Positions 21,040 through 32,436 are shown, counted from the first letter of the stretch. The stretch is 64,000 nt of DNA from an uncultured delta proteobacterium (GCA_963826125.1 CAWGVV010000002.1:137305-201304), one strand, 5' to 3'. The notes: generated by a model from the letters alone, not told the origin. Translations and numbers: made by a program.

Positions 21040-22644
21040 TTACAGCGTGACCTGCCTGACTTCGATCATGTGGGGCAGCGCACGCAATTCCTCAAGCACC
21101 TGATTGGAAACCGGGGCATCCACCTTTATGAGGGCCATGGCCCGGTCGCCAGCCTTATTGCGGGCCAGATGCATTTTGGCGATGTTGATTTCGTACTTGC
21201 CCAGGGTGAGTCCGATGTTGCCGATGACGCCGGGACGGTCGTAGTTGTGCGTGAGCAGGATGTTTCCGCTGGGAACCGTTTCGGTCACGAACTCGTTGAT
21301 GCGCACGATGCGCGGTCCGTGATCGGTGAAAACCGTGCCCGCCAGGGAGAATTCGTCGGTTCTGGAACTCACCGTCATCTTGACCAGTTCGGCGAACCCC
21401 TCGGCCTCGGCCGACTTGTTTTCGAATACCTTGATGCCCCGTTTCTGCGCTTCCAGGGGGGCGTTGATGATGTTCACGGCTTCGCTCACCACGGGGTCCA
21501 GCAACCCCTTGAGTACGCCGTTGGTGAGGAGCGATACTTCCAAGTCGGCCAGTTTGCCCGAGTATTCGATGTCCACCCGCTCCACGGTTTCCACGTGTAC
21601 CTGCGACAGGAACCGCCCCATGCTCTGCACCAGGTCGAGATAGGGGGCAAGCTTGTCCATGTCCTTGAGCGCGGAGGCGGGCAGATTCACCGCGTTGACG
21701 ATGCTCCCCGCGGCGAGATAGCCGCCGATCTGTGTGGCGATGGTTTCGGCCACCTTCACCTGGGACTGTTCGCTGGAAGCTCCCAGATGGGGGGTGAGGA
21801 TCACGTTGGGCTGAGCCAGCAGCGGGTTGTCGCTCAGAGGCGGTTCGTTGGAAAAAACGTCCAGGGCCGCGCCCGCGACGTGGCCCGACTGCAGGGCCTC
21901 GTTCAGGTCTTCCTCGTTGACGATCCCGCCCCGGGCGCAGTTGATGATGCGTACTCCCTTCTTCATCCTGGCGATGGATTCCCGATTGATCAGGTTGCGG
22001 GTGTCTTCGGTGAGGGGGCTGTGCAGCGTGATGAAATTCGCCGAGCGGAAGATAGTGTCCAGGTCGGCCAGACTCACGTTCAGCTTTCGGGCCGCCTCCG
22101 GGGAGAGATAGGGGTCGAAGGCCACGACGTTCATGCGCAGTCCGATGGCCCGTTCCGCCACCAGCTTGCCCACGTTGCCGAGTCCGATGATGCCGATGGT
22201 CTGGCCGGATACTTCCGTTCCCATGAACTTCTTCTTTTCCCATTTGCCCGCGCGCATGGATGCGGTGGCCTGGGGAATGTGTCGAGCGAGCGCCAGCATC
22301 ATGGCGACGGCGTGTTCGGCGGCGGCGAGGGCATTGGCGCCCGGCGTGTTCATCACCAGAATGCCGTGGCCGGTGGCTGCTTTCACGTCGATGTTGTCCA
22401 CCCCGGTTCCGGCCCTGCCCACTACCCGCAATTCCGTTCCCAGCTCCAGGAGACGTGCGTCCACCTTGGTACGGCTCCGCACGATCATTCCTTGGTAGGA
22501 GCCGATGACGGTTTCCAGCTCCTCACGGTTGATGGACGTTCTGTCGTCTACTTCCACGCCCGGCGTTTTGCGCAGAATTTCCAGACCCTCGGGATTCAGT
22601 CCGTCACAAATGATCACTTTCATCGTTTTCCGTAACGTCTCCAT
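21040..22644 (-). CDS. serA: D-3-phosphoglycerate dehydrogenase (start may be 22623)
   Basis: VRSRT, RAGTGVDNID, GLGNVG, NCARGG, TPHLGAS; ASB and ACT (DRPGVIG) C-terminus. Confidence 0.95.
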   Translation of the reverse strand: METLRKTMKVIICDGLNPEGLEILRKTPGVEVDDRTSINREELETVIGSYQGMIVRSRTKVDARLLELGTELRVVGRAGTGVDNIDVKAATGHGILVMNTPGANALAAAEHAVAMMLALARHIPQATASMRAGKWEKKKFMGTEVSGQTIGIIGLGNVGKLVAERAIGLRMNVVAFDPYLSPEAARKLNVSLADLDTIFRSANFITLHSPLTEDTRNLINRESIARMKKGVRIINCARGGIVNEEDLNEALQSGHVAGAALDVFSNEPPLSDNPLLAQPNVILTPHLGASSEQSQVKVAETIATQIGGYLAAGSIVNAVNLPASALKDMDKLAPYLDLVQSMGRFLSQVHVETVERVDIEYSGKLADLEVSLLTNGVLKGLLDPVVSEAVNIINAPLEAQKRGIKVFENKSAEAEGFAELVKMTVSSRTDEFSLAGTVFTDHGPRIVRINEFVTETVPSGNILLTHNYDRPGVIGNIGLTLGKYEINIAKMHLARNKAGDRAMALIKVDAPVSNQVLEELRALPHMIEVRQVTL

Positions 22645-23023
22645 ACCTTACCCGCTTCCGTGTACCCTCAATATCCTGTTTTCGTCGATCTTCGGCCCGA
22701 ACAGAACCCATCCCCCGGTCGAAATCGCAAAATTGTCGAAATCGGCCTTGTTCCTCCGACGGTTTCCCGCGATAACGAAAAGCGGAGAGCTTTTTTTACC
22801 CCATGAGCCCGCTCCTGTTGCTAAATCACAAACCACGCGGGGAATCAAGGGCATTTCGGCGCACGGTTTCCCGTCATGAGAGCAAACAAGCCGTAAATTA
22901 CTTCATTTTTGTAGCAATTCAAACGAATTATTACCTGTGCGTAAGCAATAAGGAACAGCGGTATTTTATGACTGTCCATTATATTTCACTGATATCTTTC
23001 GCATTCTTCGTCAATGTCGCCCG

Positions 23024-23040
23024 CTGGCATGCCGGTTGCT
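23024..23040 (+). promoter_or_regulatory. Sigma-54 (-24/-12) promoter of amtB-glnB-glnD
   Basis: CTGGCATGCCGGTTGCT with exact GG-N10-GC spacing, about 50 nt upstream of the amtB start. Confidence 0.85.
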
Positions 23041-23091
23041 CTCCATGCGGTACCGCACCATTTTATTCCTGCTACCGGAGGTAGAGAAGTG

Positions 23092-24306
23092 ATGAACTCA
23101 GGGGACACCGCTTTTCTGTTGGTGTCATCGGCACTTGTCTTGCTGATGACACCGGGCCTTGCGCTTTTTTATGGAGGCATGGTCCGATCGAAAAATGTTT
23201 TATCAACGCTCATGCACAGCTTCGTGTGCATGGGCATCGTCACCATCGTCTGGGTGCTATGGGGGTACAGCCTGGCGTTCGGGGACGACATCGGCGGCTT
23301 CATCGGGGGATTCGGCAAGTTCGCGCTCGCCGGAGTGGGCGCCAAGCCTTTGGAGGGCTCGACCATTCCGGAATCGGTCTTCATGATTTTTCAGTTGATG
23401 TTCGCCATTATTACTCCGGCACTGATTTCAGGGGCAGTGGCGGAACGCATAAAATTCAGCGGTTATTGTCTTTTCATCCTGCTGTGGTCCACGTTCGTCT
23501 ATAGCCCCCTGGCCCATTGGGTATGGGGCGGCGGCTGGATCATGAAAATGGGGGCGCTCGATTTCGCCGGAGGAACCGTCGTGCATCTGAGTTCCGGCAC
23601 CTCGGCCCTGGCGGCCTGCATCATGCTGGGCAAGCGCCGGGGCTATCCACGGGAGAGAATCATGCCCCACAGCCTGCCCATGACCATCGTCGGGGCCGGC
23701 CTGCTGTGGTTCGGCTGGTTCGGATTCAACGCAGGGAGCGCGCTCGCCGCCAACGCTGTGGCCGGCAACGCCTTCGTCACCACCCACATCGCCACTGCCG
23801 CCGCGGCCATTACCTGGATACTGGCCGAATCCATCCATTCGGGCAAGGCCACGACCCTGGGGTTCGCCTCGGGCGCGGTAGCCGGTCTTGTGGCGATCAC
23901 GCCGGCCTGCGGCTTCGTGGGGCCCATATCGGCCATCGTCATCGGCATGGGCGGCGGATTTATCTGCTACACGGCCGTGATGTCCAAGTCCAAACTGGGC
24001 TATGACGACTCTCTGGACGTGGTGGGCGTTCATGGCGTAGGGGGAACCTGGGGCGCTCTGGCCACCGGTCTGTTCGCCACCACGGCCGTCAACCAAGCGG
24101 GCGGCAACGGTCTGTTCTTCGGCAACATGGGGCAGGTGGGCATTCAGCTTCTCTCCATCGTGGCCACCATTGCCTTTGCATTTGTGATGACGGTAATCAT
24201 ATACAAGCTGGTGGACGCCATCGTCGGCATGCGCGTGAAGGACGAGGATGAAGTCAGGGGACTCGATCTTACACAGCACAGTGAAGCCGCCTATACGACA
24301 GTGTAA
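23092..24306 (+). CDS. amtB: Ammonium transporter
   Basis: GDTAF, MTPGLALFYGG, DFAGGTVVH, LWFGWFGFN, DDSLDVVGVHG; GGAGG RBS at 23077. Confidence 0.97.
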   Translation: MNSGDTAFLLVSSALVLLMTPGLALFYGGMVRSKNVLSTLMHSFVCMGIVTIVWVLWGYSLAFGDDIGGFIGGFGKFALAGVGAKPLEGSTIPESVFMIFQLMFAIITPALISGAVAERIKFSGYCLFILLWSTFVYSPLAHWVWGGGWIMKMGALDFAGGTVVHLSSGTSALAACIMLGKRRGYPRERIMPHSLPMTIVGAGLLWFGWFGFNAGSALAANAVAGNAFVTTHIATAAAAITWILAESIHSGKATTLGFASGAVAGLVAITPACGFVGPISAIVIGMGGGFICYTAVMSKSKLGYDDSLDVVGVHGVGGTWGALATGLFATTAVNQAGGNGLFFGNMGQVGIQLLSIVATIAFAFVMTVIIYKLVDAIVGMRVKDEDEVRGLDLTQHSEAAYTTV

Positions 24307-24433
24307 ACGGGAATATGCGGCAATGGCGGAACATTGCGTTTCCGTCATTGTCGCCGGACAAGGGAGCATCGTCCAATCGAGAGGCAGGGGTAGGGGTTTC
24401 GACAGCAGCAACGTAGGCCACGGGCGACCGTAA

Positions 24434-24796
<363 letters not shown>

Positions 24797-25044
24797 TTTT
24801 CAACTCCGCTTCGCGCCGTCCGGTTCTCTCTCCAGGCCCCGGACCGTACGGGCGGCGGATAGTATGCTTGTAGTGCCGCGTCGCAAAGGAAATCCGGAGC
24901 CGCAATGATACCGCACAGACCGACCGCATACGGGGCAAAACTGTTGATACCCGGTTTTTGTTCCCACCCGGGAAATGCGGATCGTTGCACGGCGCCCTTT
25001 TCCTTTCGAGACCGGCACGCACAGGAGAAACAGTCGAGGAAAAG

Positions 25045-27702
25045 ATGTCAGAGCTTGCTCCACACCATGGAGAAAAATGGCAGGTTCCAGTGGAAGGCAC
25101 CCCCCTAGAGAGGCTGAAAAAGACTCGTGAGGAACTCGTCGCCCGATTTCTCTCCGGGAGGGAAGCCCAATTCCTCAGCCGCCACGCCGGCGCGTTCGAC
25201 GAGTATTTTCGCTCGAGCTATGAGGAGAGCGCAGTCGGTCCCCGTATGGGCATCGACAAGAATCCCTACGTCTTCATCGCCCTGGGCGGTTACGGTCGGA
25301 TGGAACAATGCATCCACTCCGATGTGGATGTCCTCGTCCTTTTCAAGAAGAAAGTCCCCGCCGCCGCAAAGGAACTGGTGCGGGAACTATTCTACCCGCT
25401 CTGGGACCTCGGGCTGGAGGTGGGCTACTCCACCAGGAGCTTGAGAGAGTGCTGTTCCATGGCCGCGGACGATTTCGAGATACTCACCGCCCTCCTCGAC
25501 TGCCGGTTCGTGTGCGGCATGTCCCATCTGTTTTCCGAACTCACGGAACAACTCCACGAAAAGGTGATTCGAAAGCAGCGCCGTGCCTTCACGCAATGGC
25601 TGGCGCAGTGGACCGCCGAACGCCACGCCAGATTCGGCGATTCCAGCTATCTTCTGGAACCCAACCTGAAGGACGGCCAGGGCGGGCTGCGGGATTATCA
25701 CACCACTCTGTGGCTCGCGCACTCCGTGTACAACCTGCGTGAACCGAGGGAAATGGTGTACGCAGACCTTCTCACCCACCAGGAATACGAAGAACTGCAG
25801 CAGGCCCTCTCGTTCATCTGGGAAGTACGCAACTGGCTGCACCACCTCACCGGCCGTAAGGCCGACCAGCTCTATTTCGAACACCAGATCAAGGTGGCCG
25901 AGGCGCTGAAATACCAGAAGGTCAACGGTCAGGAGCCCGTGGAGCGTTTCCTGGGCGAGTTGCACGGACACATGGAGCTGCTCAAGCGCCAGAACCTCAT
26001 GCTCCTGCAACGGGTGGCGCCGGTACGACAGGGACTTCGGCTGGTAAAGCCCCGCAAGCGCGTCACCGTGGCGGGATTGGAGATAGAGAACGACAAGCTG
26101 AAGTTCGAGACGCCCGAAATTATCCTCCAGAAACCCCACCTGCTGATCAAGATATTCGAACAGAGTTCCCGGCTCGCTCTGCCCATCAGCACGTCGGCCA
26201 AACGGCTGGTTCACGAGTTTTCCTACCTGGTGGACGACGAATTCCGTTCCGACAGGACCGTGGTGCAGGCAATGCAGCGCATCGTCAGCGATCCCCCCCG
26301 TACCTTCAACGTGATGGACGAAATGTACTTCTGCGGGCTCATGACCGAACTGTTCCCGGAACTCAAGGACATAGTGAATCGGGTGCAGTACGACATCTAC
26401 CACGTGTTCCCCGTGGACAAGCATTCGCTGCGGGCGTTGGAAAACGTGAAGAAGTTCGCTCGTGAGGAACGGGACGGCGAACACGACCTGTTCCAGGACA
26501 TCTACCGGGAGCTGAAACGGCCCGACCTTCTGCTGTGGGCCACCTTTTTCCACGACATCGGCAAGGGGATGGTAGGCAAGGACCATGCCGTGGCGGGCGA
26601 GGAACTGGTCAGGACCATTTTCACGCGCATGGAGTTTCCGCCCAATGACGTGGATACCATCGCGTTTCTGGTGCGGCATCATTTGCTTCTGGTGCACACG
26701 GCACAGAAGCGGGACATCAACGACGAAATGGAAGTTGTCCAATGTGCCCGCACTGCCCATGACACCGAACTGCTCAAAATGATCTATCTTCTCACGGTGG
26801 CGGATTCCATGGCCACCGGCCCCAAAGCCTGGAACGACTGGTCCGACGTACTCTACCGTGATCTCTTCTTCAAGGCCAGACGCATTCTGGCCAGAGGGGA
26901 ACTGGCGTCGCCCGCCGCCAGCGAATCGGTAAAGCGGAAACGGGAAGCGGTATTCGCCTCCCACTCCACCATGTCGGAGAAGGAACTGGAGGCGGTTTTC
27001 AATTCTTTTTCTCCGCGTTATGTCCTCTATACCCCTGAAAAAGACATCACGGCCCACATCGAATTGTACCGAAAGCTACTGGACAATCCTTTCGTGTGGG
27101 ACGTTCAGATGCACTCCAAGCGCAAATACCGGATAGCCACCATCTGCGCCAAGGACCGTCCAGGGCTGTTTTCCAAAATGGCCGGTGTTTTCACGCTGAA
27201 TAATCTGGACATCATGAACGCCCAGATTTACACGTGGCGAAACCAGGTGGCCATGGATATTTTTACCCTCAAGGCACCCCCGGACGAAACGAGGGAAGAC
27301 GAAACCTGGAAGCGCGCCGCCGAGAACCTCAAGGATGCCCTGGACGGATCGCTCGATCTTTCCGTCGCCCTGGCCAAGAAATTCGAGGGTCCCTATAACG
27401 CCGGGCACCGGCTCCGTCTCAAGCCGCCCAAGGTGGTGGTGGACAACAATTCCTCCGCTTTCTCCACCATCGTCGAAGTGTACACCTACGATTACCCCGG
27501 CCTGCTCTATCGTATCACCGATGCCCTTTTCCGTTGCAAGCTCGACGTGAAAGTGGCTAAGATCGGGACCAAAGTTGACCAGGTGCTGGATGTGTTCTAC
27601 GTACGCGACCTCGAGGGTCAGAAGGTCGACGATCCCAAGCAGGTGGAGGCCATCCAAAAGGCGCTCGAACCGGTGACGCAGTTCCCGTCGGAAGACGAAT
27701 AG
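25045..27702 (+). CDS. glnD: [Protein-PII] uridylyltransferase
   Basis: ALGGYGR...SDVD NTase, EPNLKDGQGGLRD, HD domain (FHDIGKG), and two ACT domains. Confidence 0.95.
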   Translation: MSELAPHHGEKWQVPVEGTPLERLKKTREELVARFLSGREAQFLSRHAGAFDEYFRSSYEESAVGPRMGIDKNPYVFIALGGYGRMEQCIHSDVDVLVLFKKKVPAAAKELVRELFYPLWDLGLEVGYSTRSLRECCSMAADDFEILTALLDCRFVCGMSHLFSELTEQLHEKVIRKQRRAFTQWLAQWTAERHARFGDSSYLLEPNLKDGQGGLRDYHTTLWLAHSVYNLREPREMVYADLLTHQEYEELQQALSFIWEVRNWLHHLTGRKADQLYFEHQIKVAEALKYQKVNGQEPVERFLGELHGHMELLKRQNLMLLQRVAPVRQGLRLVKPRKRVTVAGLEIENDKLKFETPEIILQKPHLLIKIFEQSSRLALPISTSAKRLVHEFSYLVDDEFRSDRTVVQAMQRIVSDPPRTFNVMDEMYFCGLMTELFPELKDIVNRVQYDIYHVFPVDKHSLRALENVKKFAREERDGEHDLFQDIYRELKRPDLLLWATFFHDIGKGMVGKDHAVAGEELVRTIFTRMEFPPNDVDTIAFLVRHHLLLVHTAQKRDINDEMEVVQCARTAHDTELLKMIYLLTVADSMATGPKAWNDWSDVLYRDLFFKARRILARGELASPAASESVKRKREAVFASHSTMSEKELEAVFNSFSPRYVLYTPEKDITAHIELYRKLLDNPFVWDVQMHSKRKYRIATICAKDRPGLFSKMAGVFTLNNLDIMNAQIYTWRNQVAMDIFTLKAPPDETREDETWKRAAENLKDALDGSLDLSVALAKKFEGPYNAGHRLRLKPPKVVVDNNSSAFSTIVEVYTYDYPGLLYRITDALFRCKLDVKVAKIGTKVDQVLDVFYVRDLEGQKVDDPKQVEAIQKALEPVTQFPSEDE

Positions 27703-27713
27703 AGGATACCGTC

Positions 27714-28238
27714 ATGCCCAGGATTTTCAAAATCCCGCAAGTGGAACTACAAACGAAGGAATCGCCGCTTCCCGCGTTTGCATGGAAAACGAGCGCCCGA
27801 CTGGCGAACCTGGTGGGCGCGAAACATCTTCAGTTCGACATCCGCTCCCTGGATCCGGGGAAATTCTCCTTTCCCTACCACTTTCATCGAAACGCGGAGG
27901 AATTGTTCCTCATTCTTTCCGGAAAGGCCACCTTGCGCTCGCCGGACGGTTACAAGGAGTTGGAGGAAGGCGACCTGGTGTTCTTCGAAATGGAAGCGTC
28001 GGGGGCCCATCAGATGTACAACCATACGGACTCGCCGTGCCTCTATCTGGACATCCGGACCACGGTGGGGATCGACGTTTGCGAATACCCCGATTCCAAT
28101 AAAGTGAACATACTGCCCTACATGGAAGTGTACGAAAAGGCTTCCCGTGCGGATTACTATCGGGGGGAGGAAGACGTCGAAAGCCGGTGGCCCGAGGAAA
28201 TCGTCAAAAAGAAGGCCGGACCCGCCGACCGGGAATAA
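27714..28238 (+). CDS. Cupin domain protein
   Basis: PYHFHRNAEE...GAHQ metal-binding cupin motifs. Confidence 0.88.
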   Translation: MPRIFKIPQVELQTKESPLPAFAWKTSARLANLVGAKHLQFDIRSLDPGKFSFPYHFHRNAEELFLILSGKATLRSPDGYKELEEGDLVFFEMEASGAHQMYNHTDSPCLYLDIRTTVGIDVCEYPDSNKVNILPYMEVYEKASRADYYRGEEDVESRWPEEIVKKKAGPADRE

Positions 28239-28366
28239 CCCTGCGGGGCGGGCCTTGATAAATGGTCGGAAAACGGACATGATGCCCTTTCGGGATGAAT
28301 AGCTGAATTTGAATATGAACGACCATGCCTTATTCGGGTTCAACCGGGTGTGTCGGGGATGCGCAG

Positions 28367-28744
28367 ATGGAGTCGAGCGATACCAAAAACAGAATGGACC
28401 GGATTGTTGCCGATGCCAGAAAGGAACGGGAGCAACGGGAGAAAACCTACCGTGAGCGGGCGTTAAAGCTTTTCCCCTGGGTCTGCGGCCGGTGCGGGCG
28501 TGAATTCAGCGGCAAGAGGCTTCGCGAACTTACCGTCCACCACAAGGACCACAATCACGACAACAATCCGCCGGACGGCAGCAACTGGGAACTGCTCTGC
28601 ATTTACTGCCACGACAACGAGCATTCACGGCTCGATGTGGCCGAAGCGTACGCCGGTGACAACGCAGGCGGGGAACCGAAGCAGGCTTCCACCCTCCACA
28701 CGCCGTTCGCCGCGCTCGGGGACCTGTTGAAGAGTAAGAAATAA
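28367..28744 (+). CDS. yajD: YajD family HNH nuclease
   Basis: YRERALKLFPWVCGRCGREF, LTVHHKDHNHDNNPPDGSNWELLCIYCHDNEH. Confidence 0.9.
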   Translation: MESSDTKNRMDRIVADARKEREQREKTYRERALKLFPWVCGRCGREFSGKRLRELTVHHKDHNHDNNPPDGSNWELLCIYCHDNEHSRLDVAEAYAGDNAGGEPKQASTLHTPFAALGDLLKSKK

Positions 28745-28777
28745 CATCCGGTACACAACCGGAAAATCACGGGCTCG

Positions 28778-29290
28778 TCAATCCTTGGGCGGTTTTGCTA
28801 CAATCTGGTAGCGGAGCTTTTGCCGGCCGAACTCTTTTGCTTTTTTCACGCTGTTTCCCATGTAGATGTCGAAATGATTGGCCCCTTTGTGCTCAGCCAT
28901 CCGGTCCTTCACCTCGCACGTACCGAGCCCCTCTATTCTGACCTTGGTCCCGAAGTCCAGCGCGTTGTTGGCAAGGACGCATTGCGACGTGTCGCGGAGG
29001 TCCGAACCGTCCGCGGTAACGTACGGGTGTTTATCGGTTTCCGCTTTCCTGGCCGTGTAGGCGGTGAAAATACCGGTTTTAGCGTGATGGTTCGTGGTGG
29101 AGACATCCGCTTCCACCATAGGGGGATATGCTTTGCCCGCTTGCGCCGGCGCGGAGGCGAACAGCCCGGCCGCTTTGGGCGGCCCCTCGTTGTTCATGGT
29201 CCAGGGTAAAGGATACACCACCCAGGCAGCGAAGACCGCTATCATTACAACTCCCAATACGAATCTCCCCTGCATCTGATGTTTGCTCAT
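28778..29290 (-). CDS. Membrane-anchored 3D-domain (peptidoglycan lytic transglycosylase-like) protein
   Basis: N-terminal TM; TAYT...TADG...FGTKV...DR...FDIY pattern. Confidence 0.78.
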   Translation of the reverse strand: MSKHQMQGRFVLGVVMIAVFAAWVVYPLPWTMNNEGPPKAAGLFASAPAQAGKAYPPMVEADVSTTNHHAKTGIFTAYTARKAETDKHPYVTADGSDLRDTSQCVLANNALDFGTKVRIEGLGTCEVKDRMAEHKGANHFDIYMGNSVKKAKEFGRQKLRYQIVAKPPKD

Positions 29291-29668
29291 GGCTTTCCTA
29301 AACCTTTGGTACGGTATATTAGCGCTGTTTCATTTCTTTTTTCATCTTACTACATATTCAATCGATGGAACGACATTTCGGCAAAACTATCGCTTTCTTT
29401 TATTATACACACCGAACCAATTCATCGCCATAGTCCCCGCTGACGATTTTGCACGATGTCTATAAGTCACTTGAAAAAGGTAATAAATGGTCATACTATG
29501 CTGTTGTCGTGATTGCCCGCAGTAGCGCCGGTCTCTCGCGTGAAAGGGAAAAGCCGAGTTCATTTGCGAACCGGGCAGGTACGAATCGAACGCACGCAAA
29601 GCCATTCGTGGTGCGGTATCGAGCCATGAACGGCTCGGGGCGAACTCGCTCACGCCTCTGCTTGAATG

Positions 29669-29707
29669 AAAAAAAGGGGGTGCCGCTCACGTCGCGGCAC
29701 TCCCCCT
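29669..29707 (-). terminator. Intrinsic terminator of the PhoH gene
   Basis: Minus strand GGGGGAGTGCCGC-loop-GCGGCACCCCC followed by T7. Confidence 0.8.
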
Positions 29708-29760
29708 CGTTGTCGTGCGAGCCCGCATCCATCGCGGACTGTGCGATTCCCTCGTTTCCC

Positions 29761-31065
29761 TTACAGAAGCCGGGCGCCCAGTTCGGCAACCAGCGACCGC
29801 TCCCCCTTGACCAACGTGACGTGCCCGGTGATCTCCTCGTCCTTCAGCTTCTCCACCAGATAGGTGAGGCCGTTGCTGCTGGCGTCGAGATACGGATGGT
29901 CGATCTGGTCGGGATCGCCCGTAAAAACGATCTTGGTGCCTTCGCCCACCCGGGTAAGGAGCGTCTTGACCATGTTGGGGGTGAGGTTCTGCGCCTCGTC
30001 GCAGAGGATGAACTGACCCGGAATGCTGCGGCCGCGGATGTAGGTAAGCGCTTCCATCTCCAGCGATCCCCGCTTCTGCAGGTCTTCCAGGATGCCGAGG
30101 GGGTCGGCGCAGTTGCCGAGCAGGAACTCCAGATTGTCGTAGATGGGCTGCATCCAGGGGCGGAGCTTCTCCTCCTTTGAGCCGGGAAGATAGCCGAGAT
30201 CGTTCCCCATGGGAATAACGGGCCGCGTGACCAGCATGCGGCTGTAGGTGTTTTGCTCCAGCACCTTTTCCAGCCCCGCCGCCAGCGCCAGCAGCGTCTT
30301 CCCGGTACCGGCTTTGCCCACCAGGGTCACCACCTTCACCGAATCGTCCATCAGCAGGTCGAAGGCGAACTTCTGTTCCTTGTTGCGGGCCTTGATCCCC
30401 CAGTATTTGGGATTTTCCGACGCAAGGAGGGCGATGGCTCCTCCCCGGTATCGGCACAAAGCGGACTGGGAAGGGTTGACGCCGTTCCTCACGATGAGAA
30501 AGCAATGGGGGGCCACCCGCGGCTCGCTTTCGGGCCAGGCCAACCGTTCCTCGCGAAAGAGGCAGTCCACCTCCTCCGCTCCCAGGTGCATTTCCTGCAC
30601 GCCGTTGTAGAGCTGATTGTAGTCGACCCGATCCGAATGAAAATCCTCCGCCTGAATGGACAACACGTCGGCCTTGATGCGCAGGTTCAAGTCCTTGGTG
30701 ACCAGAATGACCGGTTCCTTTTGCTCCATCTTCAGATTGTAGGCCACGGCCAGGATTCGGTTGTCGTACTTGTTCGGGTCGAGTCCCTTGGGCGGCTCCA
30801 TGATCTCCTGATGGTTGAGTTCGATCCACAACATACCGCCGTCTCCGATGGGAACTCCTTCCGAAAGATGGCCGAGCCCACGCATGGTGTCCAGTTCCCG
30901 CGACACCATGCGTGCATGCCGGCCGATCTCGTCCTGACCCCGTTTGTGGTTGTCGATCTCCTCCACCACCGCCAACGGAATGACCACGTTGTTGTCCGCA
31001 AACGAGAACAAAGCTCTGGGATTGTGCAGCAAAACGTTGGTGTCCAGGACGTAGGTTTTTTTCAT
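29761..31065 (-). CDS. PIN-PhoH family ATPase (PhoH2/YlaK-like)
   Basis: YVLDTNVLL PIN, VTKDLNLR, GKAGTGKT, GYLPG, YIRGRS, DEAQN, GDPDQID. Confidence 0.93.
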   Translation of the reverse strand: MKKTYVLDTNVLLHNPRALFSFADNNVVIPLAVVEEIDNHKRGQDEIGRHARMVSRELDTMRGLGHLSEGVPIGDGGMLWIELNHQEIMEPPKGLDPNKYDNRILAVAYNLKMEQKEPVILVTKDLNLRIKADVLSIQAEDFHSDRVDYNQLYNGVQEMHLGAEEVDCLFREERLAWPESEPRVAPHCFLIVRNGVNPSQSALCRYRGGAIALLASENPKYWGIKARNKEQKFAFDLLMDDSVKVVTLVGKAGTGKTLLALAAGLEKVLEQNTYSRMLVTRPVIPMGNDLGYLPGSKEEKLRPWMQPIYDNLEFLLGNCADPLGILEDLQKRGSLEMEALTYIRGRSIPGQFILCDEAQNLTPNMVKTLLTRVGEGTKIVFTGDPDQIDHPYLDASSNGLTYLVEKLKDEEITGHVTLVKGERSLVAELGARLL

Positions 31066-31702
31066 GCCTTCATACCTTCCTTTCGTCTGCAGGGATTTGG
31101 CCCGACGGACAACGGCCGTGCCGGCGGGACAAGAGGAGATGCGGTTTGCGGAAAAGCTCGAGCCGGGACGATAGCGTGCCGAGACATTCCGCACTTTGTT
31201 CATGGTTCCCGCCCATCCGACGCTTTCGGGGGAAAAGAGGCCATGGACGTTCCGTAATCGGGCGTCGGAACGCGGAACCGGCCTGTGGAGGGCAGTGGAG
31301 AGAAGAAAATGCGGAGGAATGGTTCCCGGGGAATGCGATCGAGGAATGGCATCGTTTCCTGTTTCGTCTTAACGCCCTCCGATTCGGTGAGAAAAAAGAA
31401 AACCGCCGGCTGTTACACCGACGGCTTTCAAAAGGAGGAAGATGCGAAAGGGCTGCTGCATGGGCCGGGAATTCCCCGACATCATAATGAAGTCGTTAAG
31501 GGGCGCAATTCTCCTTCGCATTCCGAATTCCTATCCTCACAATATTAGACAGTAATGAGGAACAACGAAAAAGACAATTATTTTCCCTGCCGAGGTGCCG
31601 GGATGTCCCCTTATTATCCTCTTTCACGTCGCGCGGACGTCTCGTTATGCACTTTTTCTGCGTTATCCGTCCCTATCCGATTCATTTGGCGGAAAGATAA
31701 AA

Positions 31703-31730
31703 TTCACACTACGTTAACATCAAATTAACA
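31703..31730 (+). promoter_or_regulatory. Three 11-bp-phased direct repeats (OmpR/PhoB-PhoP-type box)
   Basis: TTCACA-N5-TTAACA-N5-TTAACA at 31703, 31714 and 31725. Confidence 0.65.
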
Positions 31731-31822
31731 AACGCCGTTTATTTTAGTCCAATAGAAAAAAGAAATTCCCACCGGCGAACTCCCGCGGGAGAGTACTACG
31801 ATTGGAAAGGCAGGATAAATAC

Positions 31823-32194
31823 ATGCAATTTTACGTACATGAAGTTCCCGGGAGGCTTCGGGTAAAAATTCCAACCATAAAACACAACCCTGCAGGCGCC
31901 GACCGGGTGAAGGATATGATCGGCGGGCTCGGCGGGGTGCAGTCCGTTGCCGTCACGCACGTCACCGGCAGCGTTGTCGCCTATTTCGACTCCACCGCCA
32001 TCAGCTCCTCCGATATCCTCTCGACCCTGAAACAGAACGGCTACTTCGACGATTCCAGAGTCATTACCAACGAAGCCTATGTGAAAGACGCCGTGTCCAA
32101 GGCCGGTCAATCGGTGAGCCGAGTAATGATGAGCTGGTTACTGGGAGCCGCGTTGGAAGACACCGGACTGGGATTCCTAGCCGCGCTCATTTAA
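31823..32194 (+). CDS. HMA2-domain small protein (Fez-like)
   Basis: VHEVPGRLRVK...VTGSVV ferredoxin-like HMA fold without CxxC; hydrophobic C-terminus GLGFLAALI. Confidence 0.85.
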   Translation: MQFYVHEVPGRLRVKIPTIKHNPAGADRVKDMIGGLGGVQSVAVTHVTGSVVAYFDSTAISSSDILSTLKQNGYFDDSRVITNEAYVKDAVSKAGQSVSRVMMSWLLGAALEDTGLGFLAALI

Positions 32195-32436
32195 TTTCCT
32201 TTCTTCCTTCAGTTCCCGCGGGGCCAACCCGCTGAGATCCTTTACCCCTTCGCTCCCTTTTTCTCTCTTCCTTCATTTCTCATGAGGGGTTCCCTCATTT
32301 TTTTCTTCGGAGCTTCACCCGCGTCCGAACGCGCGGACTCATGTCCCGTCATCCAAGTCGGCAAAAGGAATTACGAAACGGGGATTCACCATCTCCTTCC
32401 GGGAGACGTTGCCCTCGCATATCGAAGGAAACCGCG

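Noticed and set aside
28367-31065. YajD HNH plus PIN-PhoH as a defence or toxin-antitoxin island
   Set aside because: Both are widespread chromosomal families, they are on different strands, and no antitoxin or mobility genes are present.
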